This document shows positions 13,090 to 25,983 of a stretch of DNA of 64,000 nt, piece by piece. The number at the start of each line of letters is the position of its first letter. The stretch's first letter is position 1. The notes under the pieces were generated by a model. That model saw only the letters and a list, made by a program, of their open reading frames with translations. It was not told where the DNA came from and did no database searches. The stretch is from Eledone cirrhosa (lineage: Eukaryota): the NCBI GenBank assembly GCA_964016885.1, contig OZ024742.1, positions 299,522,001 through 299,586,000 of the forward strand, written 5' to 3'. Position numbers and translations under genes: made by a program.

Positions 13090-14061
13090 TTCATTTATTA
13101 GCCACCAGGGCCGACATGTAGGGGACAATACAAAGACAGGGACAGTGGCGGTTTACAATAAGGTGGAGTAAAAGTGCACAATGGCAAGACTAATTTAACA
13201 ATGAAAATATAAACATATAAAATAAACTATGCATAAATATAACAAAATAAATTCCCCGATAGGGGGTGTACGACCCTGGGGTGCTTCAGGTACCCCACCA
13301 ATCCTGAACCACCCTGCGCTTCTAGGGCACCCAGGGAGAGCACCCCTCTCCTCAAGTTAGCCAGCCTATAGGCGCATGGTCGGAGTAGGCCCATTCACAC
13401 GAGCCATTCTCGCCACATTCACCCACCTTTTAGCAAATGTACTGGGGGGCAGCACTTTTCTCTCCACCCTCACCTTCCTTTCCAGGTGAAACTTGAAGAA
13501 GATGATGAGGGATTGGCCGAAGAGAAAAGTGTCTGTCTTTAGTCCTTTCAACCTGGTCCACCATATAATCTCTTTCGCAACAGCCACCAGATAGAGGAAA
13601 ATTTCCTGCTCTTCCTGACCTAAGGAAGACGGTGGATCGATCTTCACTATGGACACGGCCGATAGCCGGATTCGTTCCACACGCGACAGTAGCTGTTCGA
13701 CATAACTCCACAAGTCAGTAATGCACGGACATTGGACAAGTGCGTGCAGAACGGTTTCGTCGTTCCGTGCGCATCTTGGGCAGGTCAGTCTGACAGCACT
13801 TCCGTGCCTGTAGAGTTTATCCCGAACCGGCAGTGCCCCCCGGTAACACTGCTAAACGAGGGATTTCTGAAATTGTCCATCGTCCCCGGCTCAAAAGTCC
13901 TCCGGTACAGACTGGTCAGTTCGACTTCGTCGAGGCCCAAAGCTTCTCCGAGTGCGTCATCGCACTTGCCCACCACTAATCCTCTATAGAACTCGAGAGT
14001 GGAAGTTCCACTGATCGCATTGCCCGCTTGGTAGAGGGAAGTGAGTGCCTGGCAACATTCC
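13090..14061 (-). mobile_element. 5'-truncated Tx1/L1-clade LINE (ORF2 C-terminus plus 3'UTR)
   Basis: ORFs 13366-13713 and 13785-14063 are homologous to the C-terminus of 14927-15988 (FYRGLV.GK.DD.LGE; AKE..WWTRLKGLKT). AATAAA then a (TTA)n tail; (AAT)n on both sides. Confidence 0.9.
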
Positions 14062-14078
14062 AATAATAATAATAATAA

Positions 14079-14570
14079 AGAAGTGGTATGAGCATAAGCC
14101 AGAGTCGGTGATAGAAAACGATCAGGTGAAGGTGCTGTGGGATTTTAGGATACAGACGGACAAGAAACTGGAACACAATAGACCTGACCTGGTGGTTGTG
14201 GACAAAGAAAAATGATCGTGCCTGATTGTGGATGTGGCCTGCCCATTCGACACGAGAGTGCAAGAGAAGGAGAGGGAGAAAATTACCCGCTACCAGGATT
14301 TAAAGTGGGAGGTAAAAAGGATTTGGAACTGCCATGAAGTCAAAGTGGTCCCGATTGTCATAGGCGCACTAGGTACTATCTCAAAAAGTTTCCAGGGATG
14401 GTTAAAGAAAATTGGCCCCTTCACGCTTTTTGGAACGCTTCAAAAGGCATGCTTGCTGGGTACAGCAAGAACCCTCCGATACGTCCTGAATATCTGAGGC
14501 TGCAGGTAGTGGCTTGATATTCATTTCGACAAACTTTCCAGTTAACTAACATCAATGACTGAGACTCAAA

Positions 14571-14571
<1 letters not shown>
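14079..14571 (+). mobile_element. R4/Dong-clade LINE 3' fragment (restriction-like endonuclease), copy 1
   Basis: KWYEHKP..LWDF.IQTD..NRPDLVV...DVACPFD...KI.RYQDL is a PD-(D/E)xK REL motif. In-frame TGA near 14213. Bounded by (AAT)n. Confidence 0.9.
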
Positions 14572-14621
<50 letters not shown>

Positions 14622-14879
14622 TTTCTTTATTAACCACAAGGGTTTAATTAAAGTAGACATTAAGGACAGTGCAGGACAATACAGGACGGTACAAATGGGC
14701 ATTTCTGCGTGTAAAAAACAAAAACAGAGGATGTAACAAAAAATAACAATGAAAAATTCCCCAATAGGGGGGGGGGAGACTTCGGAGGGACATTTGTGGA
14801 GAAAGCCCAGTAAAAGGCCACAATGACCTTGACCACCAAGGCAAGTGCCCTCTCCCAGTTTTCCACCTTTAATTTACAG

Positions 14880-17800
14880 ATATATACTCAGAGTAGGCCC
14901 ATTCACTCGGGCCATTCTTGCTTCTCTCACCCTTTTTCAACAAAATGCTGGGAAGAGAGCACTTCCCTCTCTACTATGATTTTCCTTTTCAAATGAAATT
15001 TGAAAAAGTTAATCAGGGCATCACCGAAGAGGTAAGTGCTCGTCTTCAGCCCTTTCAAACGTGTCCACCATACTACCTCTTTCGCCATGGCCACCAGACA
15101 GATAAAAACTGCCTGCCCTTCCCGGCTAAAAGAGGAGGGCGGGGCAATCCTCACGATGAACTCAGATGATAGCCGGATCCGTCCTAAACGCGACAGCAGG
15201 TGTTCGGCATAAACCCACAAGTCAGCAATTTTCGGACACTGGACGAGTGCGTGCAGGACGGTTTCGTCGCCCTGCACGCATCTCGGACATGCCCGGCTAA
15301 CGGCACCTCCATGCCTGTAGAGTTTATCCCGAACTGGCAAGGCTCCTCGGTAGCACTGCCAGGCCAGAGATTTCTGGAAGTTGTCCATAGGCCCCGGCCC
15401 GAAAGTTCTTCCGAAGAGATTGGCTAGTTGATTTTCGTCGACGCCTAGAGTTTCCCCAAGTACGTCGTCGCTCTTCCCCTCCACTAATCCTCTATAGAAC
15501 GCCGAGGTGGAGTTTCCACCGATCATATTGCCCGATTGGTCGAGGGCTGTGAGCGCCTGAAGACATTCCAGTCTCCAGTCGCTCCCTCTCGGTCTTCGCT
15601 TGACCCAGGACTGCAGCTCCGTCAAGGAAACGAGCTGGGGAAATGCGTGTCTAGCAAACGGCGACCACACCTGATCACCGTCGAGGAAGAGGTGGAGATG
15701 TCGTAGCCTGAGCGCGTGCCTGCGCATCATCAGCCACGGCATGCCCAGCCCTCCACGTAGCGGGTGTTGACAACAGATGGACCGCCTGATCATCGGAGCG
15801 CGTCCCTTCCACAAAAAGAGAAAGAGCAAACGCTCCAGCGCAGTCAGGCGAGGCTTAGGACAAGGTACGACGGTCAGGCGGTAGCAGATGACAGACGCGA
15901 TGTACGCGTTAGTCACCTCCGCTCGACCTTTCAGGGATAGCTTCCTCTCCGCCCATTTGTGGGTGAGAGAAGCCACCCTGCTCATCACCTCGTCCCAGTT
16001 TTTGTCCGTCTGGACAATTTAACCGGTCCGTCCGTCCAGCGTCCGACGACGCTGTTGGACTTCATGGACCTGCCTCTCCAGGTGCCGAGCTGCAGGCCCA
16101 CTGACTTTTCCTGGTTGATCATTGCTCCTGTCACCGCTTCGTATTCTCTTAGTGTAGTGCCGATCGCCTCGATGTGTTTGGCGTTCGACACCACTACGGT
16201 GACATCGTCCGCATATGCTGACACGGATCTTCCGAATCCTAGTTCGCGCGGGACGCCCCTCAACGTTTCCAGTTTGTGCAGTAATGGCTCGAGAGTCAAT
16301 ACGTACATGAAGGACGAGAGGGGACATCCTTGGCGGACCGAGCGCATGATGTTGAACGGTTCCGACAGGTGACCGTTCACTCTCACCACAGAGCAGATGT
16401 CGCTGTGCATGGCAGCGATCCAGCCTCTGAAGACGGGCCCAAAACCAGCCGCGCTCATGACTGCCGCTAGGTAACGATGGTCGACCCTATCGAAAGCTTT
16501 CGACTGTTCTAAATTGATCAAGGACCCACGCGTGCCAGGTTCCCTAGCTACCATCTCTACGATGTATCGCATGAGGTGGAGGTTGTCGTGGATGGATCTG
16601 TCGGGAATGGCGCATGTCTGCGCCTCTCCCACCAGACCACCAACGACAAGCGCCAACTTCTTTCCTACCACCTTGGCCAAAATCTTGAACTCTGTGTTTA
16701 GCAGAGTTATGGGCCGGAAATTATCTATGTTATCCCCCTTGTTCGGATCCTTTCTCAGCAGTGCCACCGCTCCTCGGCTCACAGAACTGGGAATTCTCCC
16801 GTTCTGTTGCCAGTTGCAGTAGACGTCCGCCAAGACGCCTCCGCCACTCGGGCCCATTGAACGGCTTTCGTTCCCTCGTGTCTGAGAGCACTCCCCCTTG
16901 CTCTGACAACGCAGCCTTCGTGCTTTGCATTTAAGAATTGGTCAAGGGCCAATTTCGCCGCAAGCACGTCGGTCGCAATGCCTTTGCTAAGCGCCTCGTC
17001 TAATTTTCTAACTAGTTCTCCCTCTGCTCTATTTTTCTCTATTGCTAAAGCCTTACTAAAACTAATCGATTCTATTCTAATCGCTCTTTTCAGAGCAAAC
17101 CACCACTTGTTGTTGACGATGGCCCCCGTCAACGCCCGCTTAACTAGTTCGCTAATCCGGTCTCTGTAGGCCTTGCACGCTGGTAAGGACCCGTTTAGCT
17201 ACCAGTAGCCGGGTCCTCGTCTATGAAGCCTATCTAAGTCAAGCACACAGATCACGAATTTGTGGTCCGTGTAGCTGACTATCTTGAATTGTGGACAGCC
17301 TATGCTAGACCTATCTATTTCCCTACAAAATACTCTATCTAGATATGATCTGGATGACCCTATGCGATTTGTCCAAGTCTACATTGGCACATTCGGGAAA
17401 TCCAATCGGTACCTGTCAGACAGTTCAAAACGCCTGAGCAGGTTGGTGAGGCTCTTGCACCCTCCACCCCTATCCGCTAATCCCACACAGTCCCAGCGTG
17501 CATCTAAGATCCCGTTCCAGTCGCTCACTAACACTAAAGAGCGGGACGTTCCAAGAAAGGTCTCCAGACGCCGGAAGAAATCAGGCCGCCCTGCTCCTGT
17601 CGGGGCATAGACAGCCACTAGCCTGAAAGCTTGCCCGTCTCCGCTGGTCACGTCCAGCACCACCAACTTACCTTCTGGGTCCAGGAAGATGGCCCGTATG
17701 GCGAGATCCAAACCTCTCCGAAAAAGCACAGCAACTCCACCCCCCGATCCAGGACGGCTGGGAGATGCGTACACATCGTAGCCGCCGAAGATTGGTGCGA

Positions 17801-17942
17801 AGGTCCGTGCTTCGGAGATTCTGGTCTCGCTGATGGCCACTACATCTATGTTTAGTGACCTGAGGTTGTTGAGCAGGTGACCCTGCTTCCATGACGATCC
17901 CAAGCCACGCGCATTTATGCTGCCTATTCTGAGTGAGGTCAT
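14880..17942 (-). pseudogene. Tx1-like ORF2: AP endonuclease, reverse transcriptase and C-terminal CCHC finger (frameshifted, internal deletion)
   Basis: APE: MTSLRIGSINARGL..AISET..VYAP..DWN. RT: NFRPITLLN..SKAFDRVDH..VRQGCPLS..AYADD. Finger: CPRCVQGDETVLHALVQC. Split over several frames; a linker present at about 45630-45945 in the sister element is missing near 16840. Confidence 0.9.
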
Positions 17943-18124
17943 GTTTAAAATAGAGTGGAAAAGATGGGAAAGACCACTTACCGTACTTTTCGTAGAGGAG
18001 GGATGGTTTTTACATCCCTTTTCACTTGATCGTCTGGTGAAGGGACCGTTGAATCGTCCCTTCAGCTGGTCGTCGGCTCTTCTATGAGTATGTCCGAATA
18101 TACTCTTCGGTCGATAGTTCCTCA

Positions 18125-20075
18125 TAGGTCTGTGAAATCACCAACTGCGTTGGGGAATTTCGTTTTAATGTTTGTGTATTGTTTCTGTGCTATTTTTAGC
18201 AGTCTTATGTTAGTTGGCGTTTTGATTGGTGCTGGCATTATGTAGTCGTGTTGTGAAATTTCTGTGTTCAATTATGTAAGTCATTAGTTTCTTGTTGTGT
18301 GTATTTATTGCCATGCATTTGTTTTTCTGGGGGTGGGGTGTGGTTCTGCTATTTTCTTGTCGTTGTTGCTGGGTGTGTGTGTTTTGTTGTTGCGTTTGCG
18401 ATGTTGGTGCTTGTGGTGGTGGTGGTGTTGAAGGTGTTGTTGGCGGTGGGGTTGTCGCCGGTGGTGATGGTGGTGCTAGTGTGGGTGGTGATGGTGTTGG
18501 TGGTGTTGCTGCTGTGAGTCTCTTTGCAGTAGACTTTACCCTTTTTTTCATTTCTTTCCTCCCTTTTCAAAGGCAACGATGCGCTGCTACTGCGTTTGTG
18601 CCTTCTTACGACCTTTTGCCATCCCTCTCCCACCTCACACTCCATGTCTGATTCTGTGAGGTCGGGGAGGAGTACCAGCTCCACTCTTTCACTTGTTGTT
18701 GGTGATGTTTGCACTGGAGTCTCTGTTGCAGCTGCATTTGCTATTGCTGTTGCTGTTGTTAATACTTCCACTGCTGCTGCTATTTTTGATTTCCGTGGCG
18801 TGGGTATGGGTGCCACGGTCCTATCGTTCCTGGTTGCCGATTGTCCTGTTGCTGGTAGCCGTGGAGCCGGTTTCGGAAGGAGGGGGGTTTTCTCCTTTCT
18901 CAGGGTGTTCTCATTGCAGAAGGCTCTGAGGTGAGTCTTCGATCCACAGCGAAAGCATTTCGGGCGTTTGCCCTCAACACTTATGGGCAGTTGAGTGCCG
19001 TTATCGAAGTCTATCACATCCGGGATAGCTTCGATGCACTCCTGCTTGGTTTGGATTAACATCTCAATGGAGGTGCCGACCCAATCTTCTCTTACTTTTT
19101 TCTGTACTTACAGTACAGTTGTTTTGTCCTCGATTCCGACGAGGACAGACGCGGCGATCCAAGAAGGGGCCATCCCGGGGAAGACGTGGGTCAGTTTGAC
19201 CCTCACAATTTTTTGCCCGCAGTAGGAGGGCACCAACACCATTTCCTCGCTCCTTAGGGTCACTAAGGATTGAGCCTTTGCCTCCTGGGGTGTGGAAAAA
19301 AGTAGGTCTACGGTGGCATATTTCTTGCCTCGGGTGATGTGCGTTTTCCGCTGCCACACAGACCCCAAGGCTTTTTGCATTTGAGCCTCTGTGGCTCTTT
19401 CAACCTTACGGGATTTTGTACTTACTGTACGGTGCGTGACCGTACAGTGCTGTTGGGTCTCGAAAAATTTTTCCGCTGCCTTGCAGATTGCTCGGTGTCC
19501 AGTTTTTGTCACCATCTTCTTCGCTTCCTTTAATTCCTCATTTGTTATGAGGATGGTTTCCAGGTTCTTGCGATACCTGCAAACGAGATTGGTTTTTCTT
19601 TGCTGCTGTTGTTGTTGTTGTTGTTGTCGTCAGAGCTGCTGTTACTTTTGTTGTTGCTGCGGGTACTACGACTACTGACGCCGCCGCTGTTGCTGTGGTT
19701 GTTGCTGCTGCTGATGCTGTTGTTGTTTATGCTGCTGCTGATGCTGTTGCGGCTGCTACTGTTGTTTTCCTTGTCACTGTTGCTGTTGTTATTACGGCTG
19801 CTACTGCTATTATTCCTGACGTCAGACGAATGAAATGGGTTTTCGTATTTCCCGCACACCTGTTTCGTCGTTGTCGTCGTCGTCGTGGAGAAATCTTGCA
19901 TGCCTTGCACGAGATTTTTCTTTTCTGTCGTCGCTTGCGAAAGAGAAGGGAGGGAGAGAGACACATTTAAAGAAGGGAGGGAGAGAGACAATCTTCTCTC
20001 TGCTGTAGTGACGATTGAGGAAGAAGAAGACGGAATGAGTGGGAGTGACCTATGAAAATTCTTTTTCACAGCCAT
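18125..20075 (-). pseudogene. Tx1-like ORF1 (gag-like, CCHC knuckle, low-complexity N/S/T tracts), frameshifted
   Basis: ISVEGKRPKCFRCGSKTHLRAFC (CX2CX4HX4C), homologous to ISVEGRRPSCYNCSRSGHLRASC in ORF 43237-43932. Confidence 0.8.
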
Positions 20076-20290
20076 GTTGTTTTTTTGTTTAAAATAAATA
20101 TTGGGCACAAAACCCCAATAGGCGGTTATTTAACCCCGAAGGGCCAAATAACGGGCAGAAAGACCCCTCTCACGAGGAGGAGGGTGTTTTTGTCTACAAG
20201 TTGGTTAAAGTTTTAAACAATTTACAATTGTTATAGCGGTCAAAATTTACAATACCTTACAGAGCCGAGCCTCCGTCAACCATAGTATTC

Positions 20291-20329
<39 letters not shown>

Positions 20330-21096
20330 TGGTTGAAAAGAGGAGACCTTAAAAAGGCTACAGAAGGAATGTTAATGGCTGCGCAGGAGCAGGCCCTCAA
20401 AACGAAGTGGTTGAAACACCATATTTACAAGGAGGAGGCTAGTCCACTGTGCAGGATCTGTGGAGAGAGAGAGGAGACTGTGGCTCACATTGTATCCGAG
20501 TGTAAACACCTAGCCCAGACCCACTATAAGGGCTGGAGACATGATGTGATGGGCAGGGTGATCCACTGGCACCTGTGCAAAGTAAACAATTTACCACATT
20601 CTGAGAAATGGTATGAGCATAAGCCAGAGGCGGTGATAGAGAACGATCAGGTGAAGGTGCTGTGGGATTTTAGGATACAGACGGACAAGAAACTGGAACA
20701 CAATAGACCTGACCTGGTGGTTGTGGACAAAGAAAAAAGATCGTGCCTGATTGTGGATGTGGCCTGCCCATTCGACACGAGAGTGCAAGAGAAGGAGAGG
20801 GAGAAAATTAACCGATACCAGGACTTAAAGTGGGAGGTAAAAAGGATTTGGAACTGCCATGAAGTCAAAGTGATCCCGATTGTCATAGGCACACTGGGGA
20901 CTATCTCCAAAAGTTTCCAGGGATGGTTAAAGAAAATTGGCCCCTTCAAGCTTTTTGGAACGCTTCAAAAGGCATGCTTGCTGGGAACAGCAAGAACCCT
21001 CCGATACGTCCTGAATATCTGAGGCTGCAGGTAGTGGCTTGATATTCATTCCAACAAACTTTCCAGTTAACTAACATCAATGACTGAGACTCAAGG
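20330..21096 (+). mobile_element. R4/Dong-clade LINE 3' fragment, copy 2 (frame intact to the stop)
   Basis: ORF 20333-21022: AAQEQAL.T..CRICGEREETVAHIVSEC (CCHC), RHD, RPD..D..K.YQDL (REL). 3'UTR near-identical to copies 1 and 3; (AAT)n at both ends. Confidence 0.92.
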
Positions 21097-21137
21097 AGTA
21101 ATAACAAATATAATAATAATAATAATAATAAATAAAT

Positions 21138-22433
21138 AAAGTATTTGGGTGTTCTGCAGGCTGATGACATCAAGAACAAAAAAATGAAGGAATTGATAAG
21201 ATCTGAATACATTCGGAGAATAAGGAGTGTATTAAAGTCACATCTGAACAGTAGAAATGCCATAAGTGCAGTAAATTCCCGAGCTGTGTCTATTATTAGG
21301 TACAGTGAGAGAATTCTGAGATGAAATGTTGCTGAACAAAAAGAAATGGATAGGAAGACTAGGAAGCTATTGACTATCTACAAAATGTTCCACAAGAGGA
21401 GTGATGTCAATAGACTATACTTAAGGAGATCTGAAGGTGGAAGCGGTCTTATCAGCATAGAGGACTGTGTTCAGATGGAGAAAAACAACCTACACAAATA
21501 CGCGACTGATAGTAAGGAGCCAATGCTCAGAATTGTACTGAAGGAGAGGACAATAGACCAGGGGATGTCCAAGGAGGAAATAACAAAAAGGAGAAAGAGC
21601 AGCCTTCATGAAAAATCCCTTCATAGTACCTTCTTTGAGAAAACTGATTTCAGAGATCCACAGACATAGAACTGGTTGAAAAGAGGAGACCTTAAAAATG
21701 CTACAGAAGGAATGCTAATGGCTGCGCAAGAGCAGGCCCTCTAAACGAAGTGGTTGAAACACCATATTTACAAGGAGGAGGTTAGCCCACTGTGCAGAAT
21801 ATGTGGAGAGAGAGAGGAGACTGTGGCTCACATTGTATCCGAGTGTAAACACCTAGCCCAGACTCACTATAAGGGCTGGAGACATGATGGGCAGGGTGAT
21901 CCACTGGCACCTATGCAAAGTAAACAAGTTACCACATTTTGAGAAGTGGTATGAGTATAAGCCAGAGTCGGTGATCGAAAACGATCAGGTGAAGGTGCTG
22001 AAGGATTTTAGGATACAGACGGACAAGAAACTGGAACACAATAGACCTGACCTGGTGGTTTTAGACAAGGAAAAAAGATCGTGCCTGATTGTGGATGTGG
22101 CCTGCCCATTCGACACGAGAGTGCAAGAGAAGGAGAGGGAGAAAATTAACCGATACTAGGACTTAAAGTGGGAGGTAAAAAGGATTTGGGACTGCCATGA
22201 AGTCAAAGTGGTCCCGATTGTCATAGGCGCACTAGGTACTATCTCAAAAGGTTTCCAGGGATGGTTAAAGAAAATTGGCCCGCCACGCTTTTTGGAACGC
22301 TTCAAAAGGCATGCTTGCTGGGAACAGCAAGAACCCTCCGATACGTCCTGAATATTTGAGGCTGCAGGTAGTGGCTTGATATTCATTTCAACAAACTTTC
22401 CAGTTAACTAACATCAATGACTGAGACTCAAAG
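21138..22433 (+). mobile_element. R4/Dong-clade LINE 3' fragment, copy 3 (longest, with stops and frameshifts)
   Basis: Begins at KYLGV (end of RT), then DRKTRKLL..RLYL.R.EGG.GL, CCHC and REL. (AAT/AAC)n tail to about 22480. Confidence 0.92.
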
Positions 22434-22807
22434 AACAATAATAATAACAATAATAATAATAATAATAATAATAACAATAATGCGAAGGCTCAGTGTAGAT
22501 ACTCATAAGATGCTGTCTCAAGAAATCATGTTGGTAATTGAATGATGGCACGATAACATAATTATTAAAGCCACAGAAATACGTATTACAGCGAAACACC
22601 GAATAAAATGAATTATGAATATTCAGATGAAGCCTTCTCACATTTATCACTATTGTATGTTTAATTCGTCATGGATTACAACGTTGGAATTGAATGTATA
22701 CTCATGACGTTGAGTACTCTAACCTAATTTCATCACTAATTACTGATTGGACTTTGCATAAGCAACCCGTGTTAATAAAGATCTTATAGCATATATATAT
22801 ATGTATG

Positions 22808-22900
<93 letters not shown>

Positions 22901-23224
22901 ATGGGATGCACCTGGGCCCGTGTTGGTGCGTGTGGGCTTGCAACGATGTGGGTTGACATACACACATATGTACTCTATGCCGAATTAAAAACTGTAGTCC
23001 TCTACATTTCCGGATTTTGACACTCAGGTTATGAGGTTTTACACTCCACTCTTGCCTCATTTGCTCTTAAAACGCACCACCCCATGATAGTGTAAAGATC
23101 GTAATCCTTCGCATTTCCCGATTCTGACACAGCCTTTATACATCAGTCAATATTTTCCAAATCTTTCAAACTTAAATGTTGGCTATAACACACACGCACT
23201 TTATTCTTCTTTGATATTTGATAT

Positions 23225-23668
23225 CCACAACAGATTGCCTTGCCTCAGAAAAAAATTTCTATAGACTTTTGACTGAGGAATGTTCTCACAAACACGCATT
23301 TTATTCTATTTTATTCATTTATTATTATTTTTTTTTACTTCTTCATTTTATTGTATCGTATCTTATTATTTTATTATTTATTTTATCTTATTTTTTTATA
23401 TTTTATTTCTTCATTTTACCTTATCTGATTCAATTATCTGTTTGACACACCCCACCACGTGAAAGGGTGGTAGGATTGATGCCAACCCACACACAGTCAT
23501 TCTTCTAAAGACAGCAGCAGTAGAACTAAGGCTGACCTGCCAGCTGACCCCCTAACACCAATAATAACAAGGGAGGAGGTCAGCTGTACTTAACAAAAAC
23601 AACCACAACAGATTGTCTTGCCTCAGAAAAAATTTCTATAGACTTTTGACTGAGGAATGTTCTCACAA
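23225..23668. repeat. ~66-bp direct repeat (about 23225-23291 and 23603-23668) in a structured non-coding region upstream of a hammerhead
   Basis: ccacaacagattg.cttgcctcagaaaaa..gactgaggaatgttctcacaa occurs twice, with a cagctgacc...ggtcagctg hairpin between. Confidence 0.85.
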
Positions 23669-23841
23669 CTGACCAATGGGAGGAGAGAGTGTCCTATGAT
23701 GCCGAAATTCGTTTGTTCGAATTCATATGATTCCAGTTTCTCAGAGAAATAACAACCCAACCAGGAGCTGGACATATCGGAGTAGTGACGGAGTAAAACA
23801 CTTTAACAACATGCGTACCTGTCTCTACCACACCAATTCGA

Positions 23842-23896
23842 ACTGCCTGAAGAGGTCACAGCCTATGATGGCTGTCACCGAAATATATATAGCAGT
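23842..23896 (+). ncRNA. Minimal type I hammerhead ribozyme
   Basis: actgc-CTGAAGA-ggtcacagcc(tatgat)ggctgtcacc-GAAA-tatata-TA-gcagt. 5-bp stem I, 9-bp stem II, palindromic stem III, followed by AATAAA and (TA)n. Confidence 0.8.
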
Positions 23897-23945
23897 ACAT
23901 CTTTAATAAACGAATCCAAATCTTAAATATTTGACTTAATTACTT

Positions 23946-23997
<52 letters not shown>

Positions 23998-24055
23998 CGG
24001 CGATGGATTAGTTTTGCGAGGTTTTTTATATGAAATCGTGTGTCGAAACAAATAT

Positions 24056-25983
24056 TGTTATACTTGGGGAGGGTCATATTTGTGCAATATTGCCAGAATT
24101 AATAACAGAACGAGGATACCCTTTAATAAAAGAGTTTGCATACCACAACAAATAGATGACGAGACAGAGGCACAGTTCACCATAGCTAGAAATAAGATTA
24201 GACAAATAGTAGACAGGTATACTAAGAGACAGAGCAGACCAGAGGCCCAACAACTTGGGAGGAAACCTGTAGAGGGCTTGGTTAGCCTCAAGCAGCGCAC
24301 AAGGGATGGTGAGGTAGTATGTCTACCCACGGATAAGTCTGGTAGGATGTCAATAGATAGCATGCCGAACTACATCGAGGCTATGCAACCCCACATCACC
24401 AACACGAGCGAAATTGCACAACAAACACACGATGGGAGAGAGAAAATCCTCAACGCTCACATGATGATGTGGACCGACATCCTAAAGCCAATCAGACGCA
24501 CTGCCAACAACTTCCAGGCGTCTAACAATGGCATACCACCCTTGTATGGGCTCCGCAAAGACCACAAGACAGTCGACGACCCGGCAACAGGACCACCAAC
24601 AAGACCCGTATGCGGAGCTAATATAGCTAGCGACTACAGGATCTCCTACTTCCTCTCAATGGTTATACGCCCCGTAATCAAGATGTCCCCAGATGTATGT
24701 GGCAGTACAGAGGACCTCCTCAGCAGAATCAGTGAATGCAACAAAAACAGGAGCCTATCCAACTACATAATAGGCAGCATGGAAGTGGTGTCACTATACC
24801 CATCTATTAACATTGATTTTGCTGTGAAAAGATGTGTGGATATGATCATTGAGAGTGAGGTGGAGTTCTGCGACGTCGACACAGACGAACTGGGCCTCCT
24901 ACCTAGACTTACCTACGACACTGACTACCTAGACAGCCATGACCCTAGATGTTTCTGCCCTAGTAGACCTATAAGAGGTCGACCCCCCACCATAACCTCA
25001 ATGGCAAAAAAGACTCCCATGGGAAGGTGGATTGGGTGGACCAAAGCTATACGGACCCCCCAAAACAATGATCAGGTAAGAAAAATGGTCGCACATGCAA
25101 TAGGGGCTAGTATCAAAACTACCCTAAAGGGCCACATATTTAAGTTCAACGAGAAAATCTACACCCAAAATGAGGGAGCAGCCATCGGCGTCAGCATAGC
25201 TGGTGATGTTGCCAACCTTTTCATGGTATGGTGGGAAAGATCTCCTTAATGAGAGCTCCATAGACCTCATCATGTACTCTCGTTATGTAGACGATATCAA
25301 TATAGTTATAAGAACGCCCCCACTAGAGAGCACTAACAAGTTTGATTTAGAACGTAGCACGATGGAAAGCATCCAGCAGATAGCTAATTCCATACACCAG
25401 AGTATAACTGTAACTATCGACTTCCCTTCTAAACACCCTAGCAATAGACTACGTGTATTAGACACAGAACTCTGGATTAACACTATAGACGAGAGAGCCC
25501 AAATTCTCCACTCACACTATGCTAAACCCATGGCCTCCAAATACCTGATACTCAAAAACTCAGCAATGTCCAGTAGTGCTAAGTTTAATATTCTGATCGC
25601 AGATTTGGTACGAGTGATGAAGAATGTGTCCCGCATGTGCGACCCAACAGAAATGGAAAGATACATCCAACACTTCATCAACCGCATGCAGTTCTCTGGC
25701 TACAACCAAAGAGACAGAGTCAGAGTATACGAAGGAGCCATGGAAAAGTATAAGACCCTCATAGAACTGGACATGAAAGGAATTTGCCCATTATACAGGA
25801 GCAAATCATGGAATAGCTTAGATAGGGCTAGACATAAGATAGGGAAAGCCACCTCATGGTACGACAACCAGAGATACCAGAGTGTCATGTTTGTGGACGC
25901 CACCCCTGGAGGGAAATTAGTGAGTGTGTTCTGTTATTAATTCTGGCAATATTACACAAATATGACCCTCCCCAAGTATAACA
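24056..25983. mobile_element. Non-autonomous TIR element (TGT...ACA ends, ATAT TSD; Ginger-like) carrying a Penelope-like RT fragment
   Basis: 56-bp TIRs at 24056-24111 and 25928-25983 with 1 mismatch. ATAT immediately outside both ends. Confidence 0.75.
24112..25924 (+). pseudogene. Penelope-like element reverse transcriptase (fragment, frameshift near 25240)
   Basis: PTDKSG, LYGLRKDHK..PTRPV, SMEVVSLYPSI, F.FNEKIYTQ.EG.AIG...A..ANLFM, RYVDDI, VLD.ELW, HYAKPM, RMQFSGY. No GIY-YIG domain inside the TIRs. Confidence 0.88.

Larger units (their letters stand above)
14620..20290 (-). mobile_element. Near full-length, decayed Tx1/L1-clade LINE
   Basis: 5'UTR, ORF1 with zinc knuckle, ORF2 with APE, RT and CCHC finger, 3'UTR with AATAAA. 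(AAT)n tracts at both ends (14572-14619 and 20291-20329). Confidence 0.93.

Noticed and set aside
15959-16822. Antisense ORFs overlapping the Tx1 RT (also 45956-46490)
   Set aside because: Shadow frames of GC-rich coding sequence.
14572-22480. Repeat-spacer pattern as a CRISPR-like array
   Set aside because: The repeats are simple (AAT)n and the spacers are kb-scale LINEs in eukaryotic DNA.
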